Positions 18,128 to 27,537 of a DNA stretch of 64,000 nucleotides are shown one piece after another. Below the pieces are notes generated by a model. That model had not been told where the DNA came from. It searched no databases and worked only from the letters and a program-made list of their open reading frames with translations. Source of the stretch: Planctomycetota bacterium (GTDB lineage: Bacteria; Planctomycetota; UBA11346). The stretch is taken from NCBI GenBank assembly GCA_038213805.1, contig JBBQSO010000009.1:1-64000 (forward strand), given 5' to 3'. Positions within the stretch are counted from its first letter, which is position 1. Each line of letters opens with the position of its first letter. The translations under genes and the position numbers were made by a program.

Positions 18128-19608
18128 GACCCCTGATCCTGAGCCTGTCGCTCCTCGCCATCGCCGGCCTGCCCCTGTCCGCCGCCGACGGTCCGACCCC
18201 CAAGCCCAAGCCGGCGGCCGACGCGGACGACGACGACGCCAAGCCGGCGCCCAAGGGCGGCACCGCCGCCGCGCCCGGCGGCGGGCAGAACACCCTGCGC
18301 GCCCCGGTCTTCGAGGACGTGTCGAACGTGACCCGCTCCTTCATCGATCCCGACCTAATCCCGGACGCGCCCAACCCGATCACCATCTTCGGCGATGGCT
18401 TCTGGGAACCGGGCACGCTGCAGAACGGCCGCTTCACCCCAAATCTGATCGTCTACGGCGACCTGCGCACGGGCTACTCCTACGCCGAGAAGCCCGACCC
18501 GGGCAGCGACACCGACGTCGCGAACGCGCGCACCCGCCTGACCCTCGAGACCGACCTGCAGCTGACCGCCACCGAGCGCATCCACGCGCGGTTCACGCCC
18601 ATCTCCAACAACGGCACCGACACCGGCATCCTGTTCCGCCCCGATTACGACGCCAAGTTCGCGCACAGCCTCAAGCCGCAGACGCTGTTCTTCGAGGGTG
18701 AGCTCGACAGCATCCTCTCCGACTTCGGCGGCTCGGCGCAGCACGACGCCACCGACCTCAACTACGCGATCGCCATCGGCAAGTTCCCGCTTGAGCTGAA
18801 CAACGGCTACCTGATCAGCGACATCTTCACCGGCGCCGGCGTCACCAAGAACAACATCACCGTGCCGTGGGCGGCCAACTTCGGCATCGGCGCGTTCTAC
18901 GCCGTGCATGACGTCGACGCCGACGCCGGAACCGGCTTCCCCACCGACGGTCGCGCCTTCGCGCTGGCCGGCCTGCACGGCTTCGCCGACGTCGCCGACG
19001 TGCGCGTCGAGACTTCGCTGGTCTACCTCGACGTCCGCGATGGCGACTTCGTGGTCGGCGGGACCGATCGCCGCCAATACTACGGCGCTGTGTCGTTCGC
19101 CTGGCTGCGCGGGCCGATCGGACAGGGCCTGCACCTCCTCGGCAAGCTCGGCGACCCCGACGTGACCGGCAAGGGCGCACTGGTGGTCTACGAGAGCAAC
19201 GTGCGCCTGACCCCGATCCGCGTCGACGGTGGCCTGTACGCCATGCTCGACGCGTTCGTCGGCACCCCGCACTGGAATTCGATCAGCGGCAACCTCAACC
19301 AGGTGGGCACGACCTTCCAGACCGACAACCTCACCGGCTTCCCGAACCAGCGCGGCGACGGGCGCGACGAGGCGGGCGTGGCGCTGGCGCTGCAGTACAA
19401 GACCCTGCGCCGCCGTCTGCACTTCATCCCCGAGGTCTCCTACGTCGACGACCGCAGCGATGCGAACAACGACACGACCGCGTTCGGGTTGCGCGTGAAT
19501 TACGGGTTCGGTGTCCGTTACGTGCTGCGCATGGACCTGCGCCACTTCATCCCCAAGGTCGGCGAGTCATTCAACGCCGGACGCGCAGAGTTCCAGATCA
19601 AGTTCTGA
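18124..19608 (+). CDS. Outer-membrane beta-barrel (porin-like) protein
   Basis: Signal peptide, alternating amphipathic strands rich in G/F/Y/D/N, C-terminal GRAEFQIKF with terminal Phe (BAM-type signal). ATGA overlap with the upstream cytochrome. Confidence 0.8.
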   Translation: MRPLILSLSLLAIAGLPLSAADGPTPKPKPAADADDDDAKPAPKGGTAAAPGGGQNTLRAPVFEDVSNVTRSFIDPDLIPDAPNPITIFGDGFWEPGTLQNGRFTPNLIVYGDLRTGYSYAEKPDPGSDTDVANARTRLTLETDLQLTATERIHARFTPISNNGTDTGILFRPDYDAKFAHSLKPQTLFFEGELDSILSDFGGSAQHDATDLNYAIAIGKFPLELNNGYLISDIFTGAGVTKNNITVPWAANFGIGAFYAVHDVDADAGTGFPTDGRAFALAGLHGFADVADVRVETSLVYLDVRDGDFVVGGTDRRQYYGAVSFAWLRGPIGQGLHLLGKLGDPDVTGKGALVVYESNVRLTPIRVDGGLYAMLDAFVGTPHWNSISGNLNQVGTTFQTDNLTGFPNQRGDGRDEAGVALALQYKTLRRRLHFIPEVSYVDDRSDANNDTTAFGLRVNYGFGVRYVLRMDLRHFIPKVGESFNAGRAEFQIKF

Positions 19609-19635
19609 ACTCCCAGGAATAAAGGCAGCGCCCGC

Positions 19636-20877
19636 ATGGCCGACTCCGCACCCGCCGCTGCACCCGTGGCCGTTCCTGTCGCGTCGCCGGCCGCCGCGCC
19701 GGTGGCGGCCCCGGCTCTGGCGGTGGCCGCCACCGGCATGCCCGTGCCAGGGCCGTTCGCATCAACCCTGCCCAAGCCGGGCATGTTTCTTGATGGCCTG
19801 CTGCTGCTGGCCGCGGTGGCGGTGACGCTGATCATCGCCGAGACCAGTCTGCACCTGGCGGCCATCCGCCGCGATCGGCGCGCGCGCCTGAATGCCGCGG
19901 GCAAACGCACGCTCAATCTCCAGTCGCTGGCCGAGCGCGCTGCCCCGGATGGCGGTCAGGTCACCATGTTCCGCGCCCCCGACGCTGCGCGTGGGTCGGT
20001 CAGTCACGGCTCGGTGCGCACGCAGATGCCGCCCGGCATGGCCGCAGCCGCACCGGCGCACGCGGCGGCCGCCGTCACCCCGGTCGAGGGCGAGGCGCCC
20101 AAGGTGCCCGCCGGCTTCGAGCCCTACCGGGTCATCGCCGTCATCGACGAGGCGCCCGGCATCAAGACCTTCCGCTTCGCCCACTCCGAGGGCAAGCCGC
20201 TCGCACCCTTCCTCGCCGGCCAGTATCTGACCGTGATGGTCAAGCCCGCGGGAGCGGCGAAGCCAGCGATCCGCAACTACTCGCTATCGAGCGCGCCGCA
20301 CCAGAGCGAATACTACCAGATCTCGGTCAAGGCCGTGGACAAGGGCCTGGTCTCGAACCACGTCCACCAGAACTTCCGCGCCGGCGACCTGGTCGACCTG
20401 AAGAAGCCCGCCGGGAAGTTCTTCCTCGACCCCGCGCAACGCCTCGACCTGGCGCTGGTCGCGGGCGGCATCGGCATCACGCCGGTGTGGAGCATGACCC
20501 AGGAGTTCCTCTCGGTCGGCCGCCGCAACCGCATCGACCTGTTCTACGGCTGCCGCACCGAGGCCGACGTCGCCTTCGCCAAGGAATTGAAGGAGGTCTC
20601 GGCCAAGCACGAGAACTTCCGCCTGCACATCGTGCTCAGCCGCGCCGACGGCGGCTGGACCGGTCTGACCGGCCACGTCGATCTGGCCCTGATCCGCCGC
20701 GTCCTGCTCTACAACCTGCGCGGCCGCGCCTACTACCTGTGCGGCCCCGCCCAGATGATGACCGACATCACTGAAGGCCTTGAGAACCAGGGCGTCCCGA
20801 CCAGCGACATCCACTACGAGGCCTTCGGCCCCGCCGCGCCCCGCAAGAAGAAGGAAGGCGACGCGCCGGCGCATTGA
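19636..20877 (+). CDS. Membrane-anchored FNR-family FAD/NAD(P)H oxidoreductase lacking a 2Fe-2S domain
   Basis: RNYSLSS, GLVSNHVH, AGGIGITP, YLCGPAQM, HYEAF; N-terminal TM segment (FLDGLLLLAAVAVTLIIAE) and Ala/Pro linker. Confidence 0.9.
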   Translation: MADSAPAAAPVAVPVASPAAAPVAAPALAVAATGMPVPGPFASTLPKPGMFLDGLLLLAAVAVTLIIAETSLHLAAIRRDRRARLNAAGKRTLNLQSLAERAAPDGGQVTMFRAPDAARGSVSHGSVRTQMPPGMAAAAPAHAAAAVTPVEGEAPKVPAGFEPYRVIAVIDEAPGIKTFRFAHSEGKPLAPFLAGQYLTVMVKPAGAAKPAIRNYSLSSAPHQSEYYQISVKAVDKGLVSNHVHQNFRAGDLVDLKKPAGKFFLDPAQRLDLALVAGGIGITPVWSMTQEFLSVGRRNRIDLFYGCRTEADVAFAKELKEVSAKHENFRLHIVLSRADGGWTGLTGHVDLALIRRVLLYNLRGRAYYLCGPAQMMTDITEGLENQGVPTSDIHYEAFGPAAPRKKKEGDAPAH

Positions 20878-20904
20878 GCCGCCTGCGCGCCGTTCCGCGA
20901 CTAA

Positions 20905-21255
20905 TCACACCTGGCGCTGGATCAGCGCGCCCAGCATGCGTCCGATCTGGACGATCTCATCCTGGAGCCGCGCGGACGCCGCGGCGGGGCAGAGGCCCAG
21001 GTCGCCAGCGAGGATGAGGTGGCTGCGCAGTTCCCCCGCGGACGCCTTGGCGACGCGCAGGAAGTAGGCGAACTCGCGGACACCATCGCGCTCCGCGCCT
21101 TCGGCAATGTTGGCGGAGACGCTGAGTACCGCGCGCTGGATTTGATCGCGGAAGGCGTAGTCCTGCGCGAGCGCGCTGTCGCGGACGAGGCCATACACTG
21201 CGCCGGTGAGTTTCCGCGCGCGTTGCCAGACGATGAGCTTTTCGAAATCAGCCAT
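20905..21255 (-). CDS. Four-helix-bundle protein (23S rRNA IVP / Avd-like family)
   Basis: MADFEKLIVWQRA...DQIQRAVLSVSANIAEG...FAYFLRVAKASAGELRSHL; GGAGG RBS. Confidence 0.92.
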   Translation of the reverse strand: MADFEKLIVWQRARKLTGAVYGLVRDSALAQDYAFRDQIQRAVLSVSANIAEGAERDGVREFAYFLRVAKASAGELRSHLILAGDLGLCPAAASARLQDEIVQIGRMLGALIQRQV

Positions 21256-21416
21256 GGGGAGTCCTCCTGGGTTCCCACCCGCCCCCAGGCCGCGCGCAGG
21301 AGTCAAGGACGGCCGCCCCGGCCGCCGCGCAGCGGGCGCAGGCGCAGCCGCAGCTCCTTGACGCCGAGCACGGCCGGGACAATTCGGGAAACCCGGGAGA
21401 GACCGCGTCATTCCTG

Positions 21417-21597
<181 letters not shown>

Positions 21598-21600
21598 GGA

Positions 21601-22485
21601 CTACGACCTTCCCCCGCGCAGCTTCTTCAACCGCTCTTCATCCCGCCACGCCTTGATCTCCGCGCGCTTTTCCGCCTCTTCCTTCGCGGCGGCGATCTCG
21701 CGCAGCACCACGGCGGTGTCGGCGGCCTTGCGCGCGTCAGTGAAGCGGCCGGTGAGGCGGGTCTCGGGGGACAGCGCGACGCGCTCGTAGAGCAGCCACA
21801 TCTCCTGGCCGTAATCGGTGCGGCGCAGTTCGGGTGCGAAGCGCGCGAAGAAGCGTGTGATGTTGGCGACGTCGCGCAGCAGCAGGCGCTTGGCGTTGTT
21901 GTTCTTGGCGGCGTCGATGGCCTGGGGCAGGTCGATGATCACCGGGCCGTCGGCGGCGCGCAGGACGTTGAACTCCGAGAGGTCACCGTGGATCACGCCG
22001 GCGCACAGCATGCGCGAGATCTCGTGCACCAGCAGGCTGTGGCAGCGCACCGCCTCCTCGTGGGTGAAGCGCGTGGTCGCAAGCTGCGGGGCCGGCTCGT
22101 TGTCGGCGCCAACCACCAGGTCCATGAGCAGCACGCCGCCGCTGTTCATGCGCGGGCGCGGGATGCGCACGCCGGCCGCGGCGAGCTTGGTCATCGCCGC
22201 CGCCTCGGCGCCCTGCCAGGCCGCCTCGCGGCGCTCCTTGCCGAACTTGCTGCCGCGGTCCATGGCGCGCTGCTCGCGCGAGTCGCCGGTGTTGCGGCCC
22301 TCGACGTAGTCCATGCGCTGGCGGAAATTGCGCTGCTGGGCGGCCTTGTAGACCTTCGCCGCGCAGCGTTCTCCACCGGCGATGACCACGAACACAGCGG
22401 CTTCCTTGCCGCTCTTGAGCGGGCGCAGGACCTGCTCGACGAGCCCATCATCGATGAGCTGCCGCAGGGCGTCGGGAATGAGCAT
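21601..22485 (-). CDS. RIO1-family atypical Ser/Thr kinase
   Basis: LKSGKEAAVF, AKVYK, IHGDLSEFNVL, IIDLPQA; AGGAG RBS before ATG 22485. Confidence 0.93.
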   Translation of the reverse strand: MLIPDALRQLIDDGLVEQVLRPLKSGKEAAVFVVIAGGERCAAKVYKAAQQRNFRQRMDYVEGRNTGDSREQRAMDRGSKFGKERREAAWQGAEAAAMTKLAAAGVRIPRPRMNSGGVLLMDLVVGADNEPAPQLATTRFTHEEAVRCHSLLVHEISRMLCAGVIHGDLSEFNVLRAADGPVIIDLPQAIDAAKNNNAKRLLLRDVANITRFFARFAPELRRTDYGQEMWLLYERVALSPETRLTGRFTDARKAADTAVVLREIAAAKEEAEKRAEIKAWRDEERLKKLRGGRS

Positions 22486-22581
22486 GACGGACGGGGTCTC
22501 CTGATGCGGGCGGCCACGCCCGGTAGGTCGGCATCCTCCACGGGTTTCGCGCCCGCCAAGGTGCAAACGGCATGCGGTTGC

Positions 22582-22815
22582 GGGAGACACGAGCTGCGAG
22601 AAGCGCGACCCCGAGGTGTGTTTTTACTACCTAAAATCAGTGGTAACAATTATTTGGGGCGCGAACTGGGAGGCATTCACAGCTCGCTCCCGCGCCCTGA
22701 GGACGGCGCTGTTGCCGTAGCGCTTACACGATGGAGTGGCGAATCGCGCGTGTGCTGGCACGCGCGTCTCACGTCTCGCCGCTCGCATTCTTCCCGCGTC
22801 TCGCGTGTCGACGTC
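22582..22815. repeat. Degenerate inverted heptamer arms (gagacacgagctgcgag / cgtctcacgtctcgc) around an AT-rich spacer
   Basis: Same unit class as 21427 and 44756 but decayed. The spacer at 22621-22656 is AT-rich and may hold the rio promoter on the minus strand (TTGTTA-N17-TAAAAA). Confidence 0.45.
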
Positions 22816-22816
22816 C

Positions 22817-25066
22817 TCACGCGTAGCTGTGCAACCCCGCCAACCTGACATTCACCCAGTACCAGTTGAATACCATCACCAGCATCGCCGCCAGCGACAC
22901 CCAGGCGGTGGCTGCGCCGCGGTTGGCGGGGCGTACGACCAGGCGCAGGTGGATGAGGATCACGAAGACCACCCAGGTGAGCAGGGCGAAGACCTCCTTC
23001 GGGTCCCAGCCCCACGGGCGGCCCCAGCTTTCGGCGGCCCACACGGCGCCGAGGGACAGACCGATCCACAGGATGACCATGGCCAGCGAGTTGATCGCGA
23101 AGGTGGCGCGATCCCAGGCGATGGAGCGCGGATCGTCCCAGCGCAGGCCCAGGCGCATCAGCAGGTAGGCTACCGACATCAGGCCGCCGAGCGCGATGAT
23201 GCCGTAGCTGGAGACCACGCAGGCGGTGTGCACGCGCAGCCAGAACTCGGAGAGGATCGGCATCGCCGGGCTGATGAAGGCGTTGATGTCATGGCGCTCG
23301 AGGAACACCTGGGCGAGCACGATGATGCAGCCGAACAGCGCCGCGCCGAGGGCCAGGGCGCCACGCGCGCCGCTGGCGGGCAGCGGCGCCAGTACGTCGG
23401 AGCCTGCGGCGAGCGCGGGCTGGCCGGCGTGGATGGCGTTGTAGCGGTTGCGGCTCCGGCGCGCGCCCATGCCGATGCCAAGTTCGCCGATCAGCGCCAC
23501 CAGGCTGCACAGCAGCGAGGCCGCGGCCATCGACTCATAGAGGTTGGACAGCGGCACGCGCTGGGCCAGGTCCCAGCGGATGACGAAGGCCGCGATCTGT
23601 CCAACGAAGCCGGACAGCGCGAGGGCGTAGCCGAGGGCCAGCGCCCAGCCGATGCGACCGATCGCGCCGAGCGCGAGGAAGGGCACCGCGAACAGGAACA
23701 GCCAAGCGACGAAGCTGAAGCCGCCGAGCTGCCAGTAGCGCATCTCGAGCGCGGTGTCGACGCCCAGCGCCGGCTTGCCGCGCGCGACCAGGTCGCGGTC
23801 GAGCAGCGCGCGCATCACGCCCTGGGCCGCGACGAAGGCGTCGACGGCGGGTTGCAGGCCGGTGGTCGGCGCGCCTGGCCGGCGTGCCGCCGCCCACGCG
23901 GCGCCGAGATCATTCCAGGCCCTGCTGCCCGCCGCGAGCGCCGCGTCGACCGCGGCGCGTTCGCCGGGTTCGGCCAGCTCGGTGTCCTCGATGGCGAGCT
24001 TTGTCCAGCGCTGGCGCAGCTGGGTCAGGCCGCTGACCACCGCGTTGGCGTCGTCGGCGTCGAGGCCGAGGCGCGCCACCGCGGTCAGCGGGCTGGTGGC
24101 GAGGTCAGCGACCAGCGCGTCGTCGATGGTACCGCTGCCGGCGGCCTTCCACAGCTGCCACAGGGTGGTGAGGTTGAGCTGGCGGGTCTCGTCCTCCTTG
24201 AGGCCGAGGTGGGCGGCGGTCTCGGGCGAAAGCGGCAGCAGGCTCCACGTCTGCTGGCCGTACGCGTCGAGGTCGCCCTTGGCGGCGCGCGCCAGGCGCA
24301 CGTAATCGGTGAGGGCCTGGGCGAAGCCGGGCCCGACCTCGGCGGTGTCGTACCAACGGTCATGGAGGCCGGCGGGCAGCGGGAAGAGCTTCAGCGCAAA
24401 GAGCAGGCGGCCCGGATCGAGCAGATCACGCGCGCCCTGCACCTGGTTGATCGCCTTGGTCTTGGCGGTCTGGCGGCCGAGGGTGTCGAGGGCGGTCTGG
24501 ATCTTCTCGTCGACCACCTGGCTCGGGGTCAGGCGGCCGAGCCTGGCGAGACGCTCGCGGTCGGGCGCGGACATCACCAGGGCGAGGTCGTGGAGCAGCT
24601 CGGCGTGCTTGACCACGACGATCGGCTGGTCGTTGTAGGCGGTGCGGCAGAACAGCAGGTCGAGCAGGCTGGTCAGCGGGGTGTGGCCGCGGTAATCGTA
24701 GCTGCTCTGCGCGTCGGCGATGCCGGCGAAGGAGATCTGACTGGTGATGCCGTCGAGCACCTCCATGGCGAAGGCGTGGATCGGCTTGTAACGGCCGCCG
24801 TGCTGCACCGGCAGGGCATCGAGCGCGCGCAGGTCGAGGCCCTGCACGGTCTCCGCGATCGGGCGCAACACGCCGTCGGTGTGGGCGGCGGTGGCGACGG
24901 TGGAAACGGACGGCGCGCCCGCGCCCACGCTGGCCGGAGCCGGCGCGTGCGTGGACTCGTTCGCCGGAGGCGCGACCACGGGCGCCGCGTCGGCGGCGTG
25001 CAGGCGGCCGTAGCCGAGGCCGGCGGCCAGGCAGATCAGGGCAAGGAACGGGGCGCGGGCGTTCAT
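22817..25066 (-). CDS. ccsA: Cytochrome c biogenesis protein CcsA/ResC (system II) with large N-terminal periplasmic domain
   Basis: PLSNLYES, WLRVH, GAVWAAESWGRPWGWDPKE (WWD domain), GLHSYA; ATGA overlap with the upstream gene. Confidence 0.93.
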   Translation of the reverse strand: MNARAPFLALICLAAGLGYGRLHAADAAPVVAPPANESTHAPAPASVGAGAPSVSTVATAAHTDGVLRPIAETVQGLDLRALDALPVQHGGRYKPIHAFAMEVLDGITSQISFAGIADAQSSYDYRGHTPLTSLLDLLFCRTAYNDQPIVVVKHAELLHDLALVMSAPDRERLARLGRLTPSQVVDEKIQTALDTLGRQTAKTKAINQVQGARDLLDPGRLLFALKLFPLPAGLHDRWYDTAEVGPGFAQALTDYVRLARAAKGDLDAYGQQTWSLLPLSPETAAHLGLKEDETRQLNLTTLWQLWKAAGSGTIDDALVADLATSPLTAVARLGLDADDANAVVSGLTQLRQRWTKLAIEDTELAEPGERAAVDAALAAGSRAWNDLGAAWAAARRPGAPTTGLQPAVDAFVAAQGVMRALLDRDLVARGKPALGVDTALEMRYWQLGGFSFVAWLFLFAVPFLALGAIGRIGWALALGYALALSGFVGQIAAFVIRWDLAQRVPLSNLYESMAAASLLCSLVALIGELGIGMGARRSRNRYNAIHAGQPALAAGSDVLAPLPASGARGALALGAALFGCIIVLAQVFLERHDINAFISPAMPILSEFWLRVHTACVVSSYGIIALGGLMSVAYLLMRLGLRWDDPRSIAWDRATFAINSLAMVILWIGLSLGAVWAAESWGRPWGWDPKEVFALLTWVVFVILIHLRLVVRPANRGAATAWVSLAAMLVMVFNWYWVNVRLAGLHSYA

Positions 25067-27393
25067 GCGGACCTCTTGGACAGAGCCATCGCCAGGCCGC
25101 TCCAGGCCATGCCGATGGCGAGCATGATGGCGGCGGCGAGCAGCGCCGCGCCGGCCGGGCGGTTGCCCACGCCCAGCACGGTCAGGGCCTGGAACTCCGG
25201 ATCCCAGTTGGCCTGGAAGAAGAACATGCCATCCCAGGCGAGCGGATAGTTCATGTGAATGGTGGCGGCGTCGGGCGTGACCTGTCCGGGCTTGCCATAG
25301 GCGACGTCGCACAGGTATTCCGAGATCGCCTGACCGCCCGGGCGGCGCGGCGCGTCGAAGCCGGTCATCCAGATCGGGCCGGGCAGGGTGAGCGGCTCGC
25401 GGCTGTAGCAGAGCTCGACGTCGCCGACGCCGGGCACGCTCAGCGCGGTCGGGCGCGAGGCGTAGCCGCCCAGCGTGCCGCTGCCGTCGCCCATGGACTG
25501 CGGCAGATGCGGGAAGGGCGTGTACGGCACCCAGGTCGAGACGCTCGACGGATTGGGCCCGCCGCTGGTGGCGGTGACCTGCACCAAGCTCTGGAAGCTG
25601 CCGACCGCCATGCGGCTCTGCTGCTGCTCATTCGGAACCGGCACCGGCTCGGTGACCTCGCGCGGGTGGTCGACGCGCGCCTTGAGGCGGACGCGGATCT
25701 TGTCGTTCGACCAGCGCCCGACCGCGTCTGTGCCGACCGCGATGGTCAGCTCCTGGAGATTGCGCTGCGGCTCGCCGATCCACAGCGTCAGCGCGCCACC
25801 GGGCGCCTCGGCGAAGACCAGGCGGGTCTGCGCTGCCTCCTCGTCGCTCAGCGAGGCCTTCTCGATGGCGACCGCTGGGAAGCGGCCGAGCAGCGCCTGC
25901 TTGAGTTCCGCCGCCGCCGCCGCGTCCTTAAGCCGCAGCCAAACCAGGGGCTGGTCGAGGAAGGCGGCGGGGTCGCTGGCGAGGTGCACCTTGAGCGGGA
26001 AGCTCTGGCCGCCGTTCTCGCTGCTCAGCACCAGGTCGAGGGTCGGCGCCAGCGCCACGGTGGGATCGTCGATGAGGTGCTTTTCGAGATTGGCGTAGGG
26101 CGCGAAGCCGGTGATCGCGTAGCTGGTGGTGCCGACCGTGCCGAGGGCGATGGCCAGGGCCTTGCCGCCCGCGATGTGGGTGCCGTGGTCGCGGTAGCGC
26201 GGCAGGCCGGGAATGGGGAGCGCGGTGCCGGGGTTGACCATCGGCGCCAGGGCGGGGTCGTCGTGGTCGCTTTCAGTGCGCACCCACAGTGCGGGCAGAT
26301 CCTGGTGGTAGCCGATGGTCCACTTCGCCGGTGCGAGCACGATCGACGCGACGCGCGCATCGGGGAGCGTCTTGATGCGCGCGCGCTGGAAGCGCGTCAG
26401 GGTCGGTTGGCCGACGATGGCGCTGCCGCTCTCCTGGCCGCCGGCACCCTTGATGGTCCACGCCACCATGGTGCCCTTTTGGCCCTTGAAGCCGTCGGCG
26501 AGCAGCGGCCAGTCGGGGGTGATGCCGGTGATCTCGAGCGAGCGCTCGCCCTGAGCGAGCTTTTCGGTGGTCTTGCCCTTGAGCACCAGCGCGGTCTCAA
26601 GGATCTTTGCGCCGGCAGCGTCGACGGCCCAGATGTGGTCCTGGTCGACCACCACGCCTTGGAACTCGGGCAGCCAGCTGGTCGGGGTGCGGCCGTCGAG
26701 GGTGTACTGGGTCAGCTCGGGGCGGCCCTCAAGCAGGGTGGCGGTGAAGCTGCTGCCTTTGGTGCCGGCGGCGGCGCCAGCGGCGGGCGGCAGGTCGACC
26801 TTGACCATCACCGCCCAGACCTCCTGGGCGTCCTTGGCGGTGCCGCCATCGCTCTGCACGCGCCACTTCGGCATCACCGCCTCGACCTTGGCGGTGATGT
26901 CGCCGGCGCTCGCGACGTAGCCGGGATTGGGCAGCAGGCGGGTGGTGCCGCCGGCGGTGGCCAGGTCGATGTAGTGGCGCACCAGCAGCGCTTCACCCTC
27001 GATCTTGTTGGCGAAGTAGAGGCCAGAGGTGACGACCACGCCGACCACCGAGAAGTGGGTGAGATGGGCCCCGAAGCGGGCCCACGTCCAGGGGATGCGC
27101 ACCGCGCTGGCGGTGAGCAGGCAGACGCAGATCGCACCCCACAGCACACCCGACACCCAGCCGTTGAACCAGTGCATCTCGTTGAGTTCGAGAGCCTGGC
27201 GGACCTCGTAATAGGCCGAACCGAGCGCCTGGTGGATGAAGACCAGCACCAGGAGGGTGATCGACACCCAGGGACTGGATATGCGCACCGCCCAGCGGCG
27301 CAGGCTGGTGCGGGCGGGTGGGGCGATGGCAGGGGCGGCGGGCACGGCGGCGGTGGTCACTGGCGGCTCGGGGAGGAGGAAGGTTTCACACAC
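25063..27393 (-). CDS. Cytochrome c biogenesis protein CcsB/ResB-like
   Basis: Three N-terminal TMs including GAHLTHFS, long periplasmic region, IHMNYPLAWDGMFFFQANW and a C-terminal TM; coupled to ccsA. Start uncertain. Confidence 0.8.
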   Translation of the reverse strand: MCETFLLPEPPVTTAAVPAAPAIAPPARTSLRRWAVRISSPWVSITLLVLVFIHQALGSAYYEVRQALELNEMHWFNGWVSGVLWGAICVCLLTASAVRIPWTWARFGAHLTHFSVVGVVVTSGLYFANKIEGEALLVRHYIDLATAGGTTRLLPNPGYVASAGDITAKVEAVMPKWRVQSDGGTAKDAQEVWAVMVKVDLPPAAGAAAGTKGSSFTATLLEGRPELTQYTLDGRTPTSWLPEFQGVVVDQDHIWAVDAAGAKILETALVLKGKTTEKLAQGERSLEITGITPDWPLLADGFKGQKGTMVAWTIKGAGGQESGSAIVGQPTLTRFQRARIKTLPDARVASIVLAPAKWTIGYHQDLPALWVRTESDHDDPALAPMVNPGTALPIPGLPRYRDHGTHIAGGKALAIALGTVGTTSYAITGFAPYANLEKHLIDDPTVALAPTLDLVLSSENGGQSFPLKVHLASDPAAFLDQPLVWLRLKDAAAAAELKQALLGRFPAVAIEKASLSDEEAAQTRLVFAEAPGGALTLWIGEPQRNLQELTIAVGTDAVGRWSNDKIRVRLKARVDHPREVTEPVPVPNEQQQSRMAVGSFQSLVQVTATSGGPNPSSVSTWVPYTPFPHLPQSMGDGSGTLGGYASRPTALSVPGVGDVELCYSREPLTLPGPIWMTGFDAPRRPGGQAISEYLCDVAYGKPGQVTPDAATIHMNYPLAWDGMFFFQANWDPEFQALTVLGVGNRPAGAALLAAAIMLAIGMAWSGLAMALSKRSA

Positions 27394-27537
27394 TAGAACC
27401 TGGGCCGGTGGCGCCAGCGCAATCGACGGCGGGCCAACCTGATACCGTCAACCGGGGGTGACGCTGCCGGCGGCGTGCCGCGCCCTGAACGTGGCGTTAG
27501 GCCTGGCACCCGGTAGTCTCACCCGTGGAGACGCTCG

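Noticed and set aside
14569..19608. Naming the decaheme and barrel mtrA/mtrB
   Set aside because: Heme spacing is split 6+4 by a long insert, the two genes are not adjacent, and the barrel is shorter than MtrB; only the heme count matches.
20905..21255. Diversity-generating retroelement or 23S rRNA intervening sequence
   Set aside because: No reverse transcriptase, no TR/VR pair and no rRNA sequence seen.
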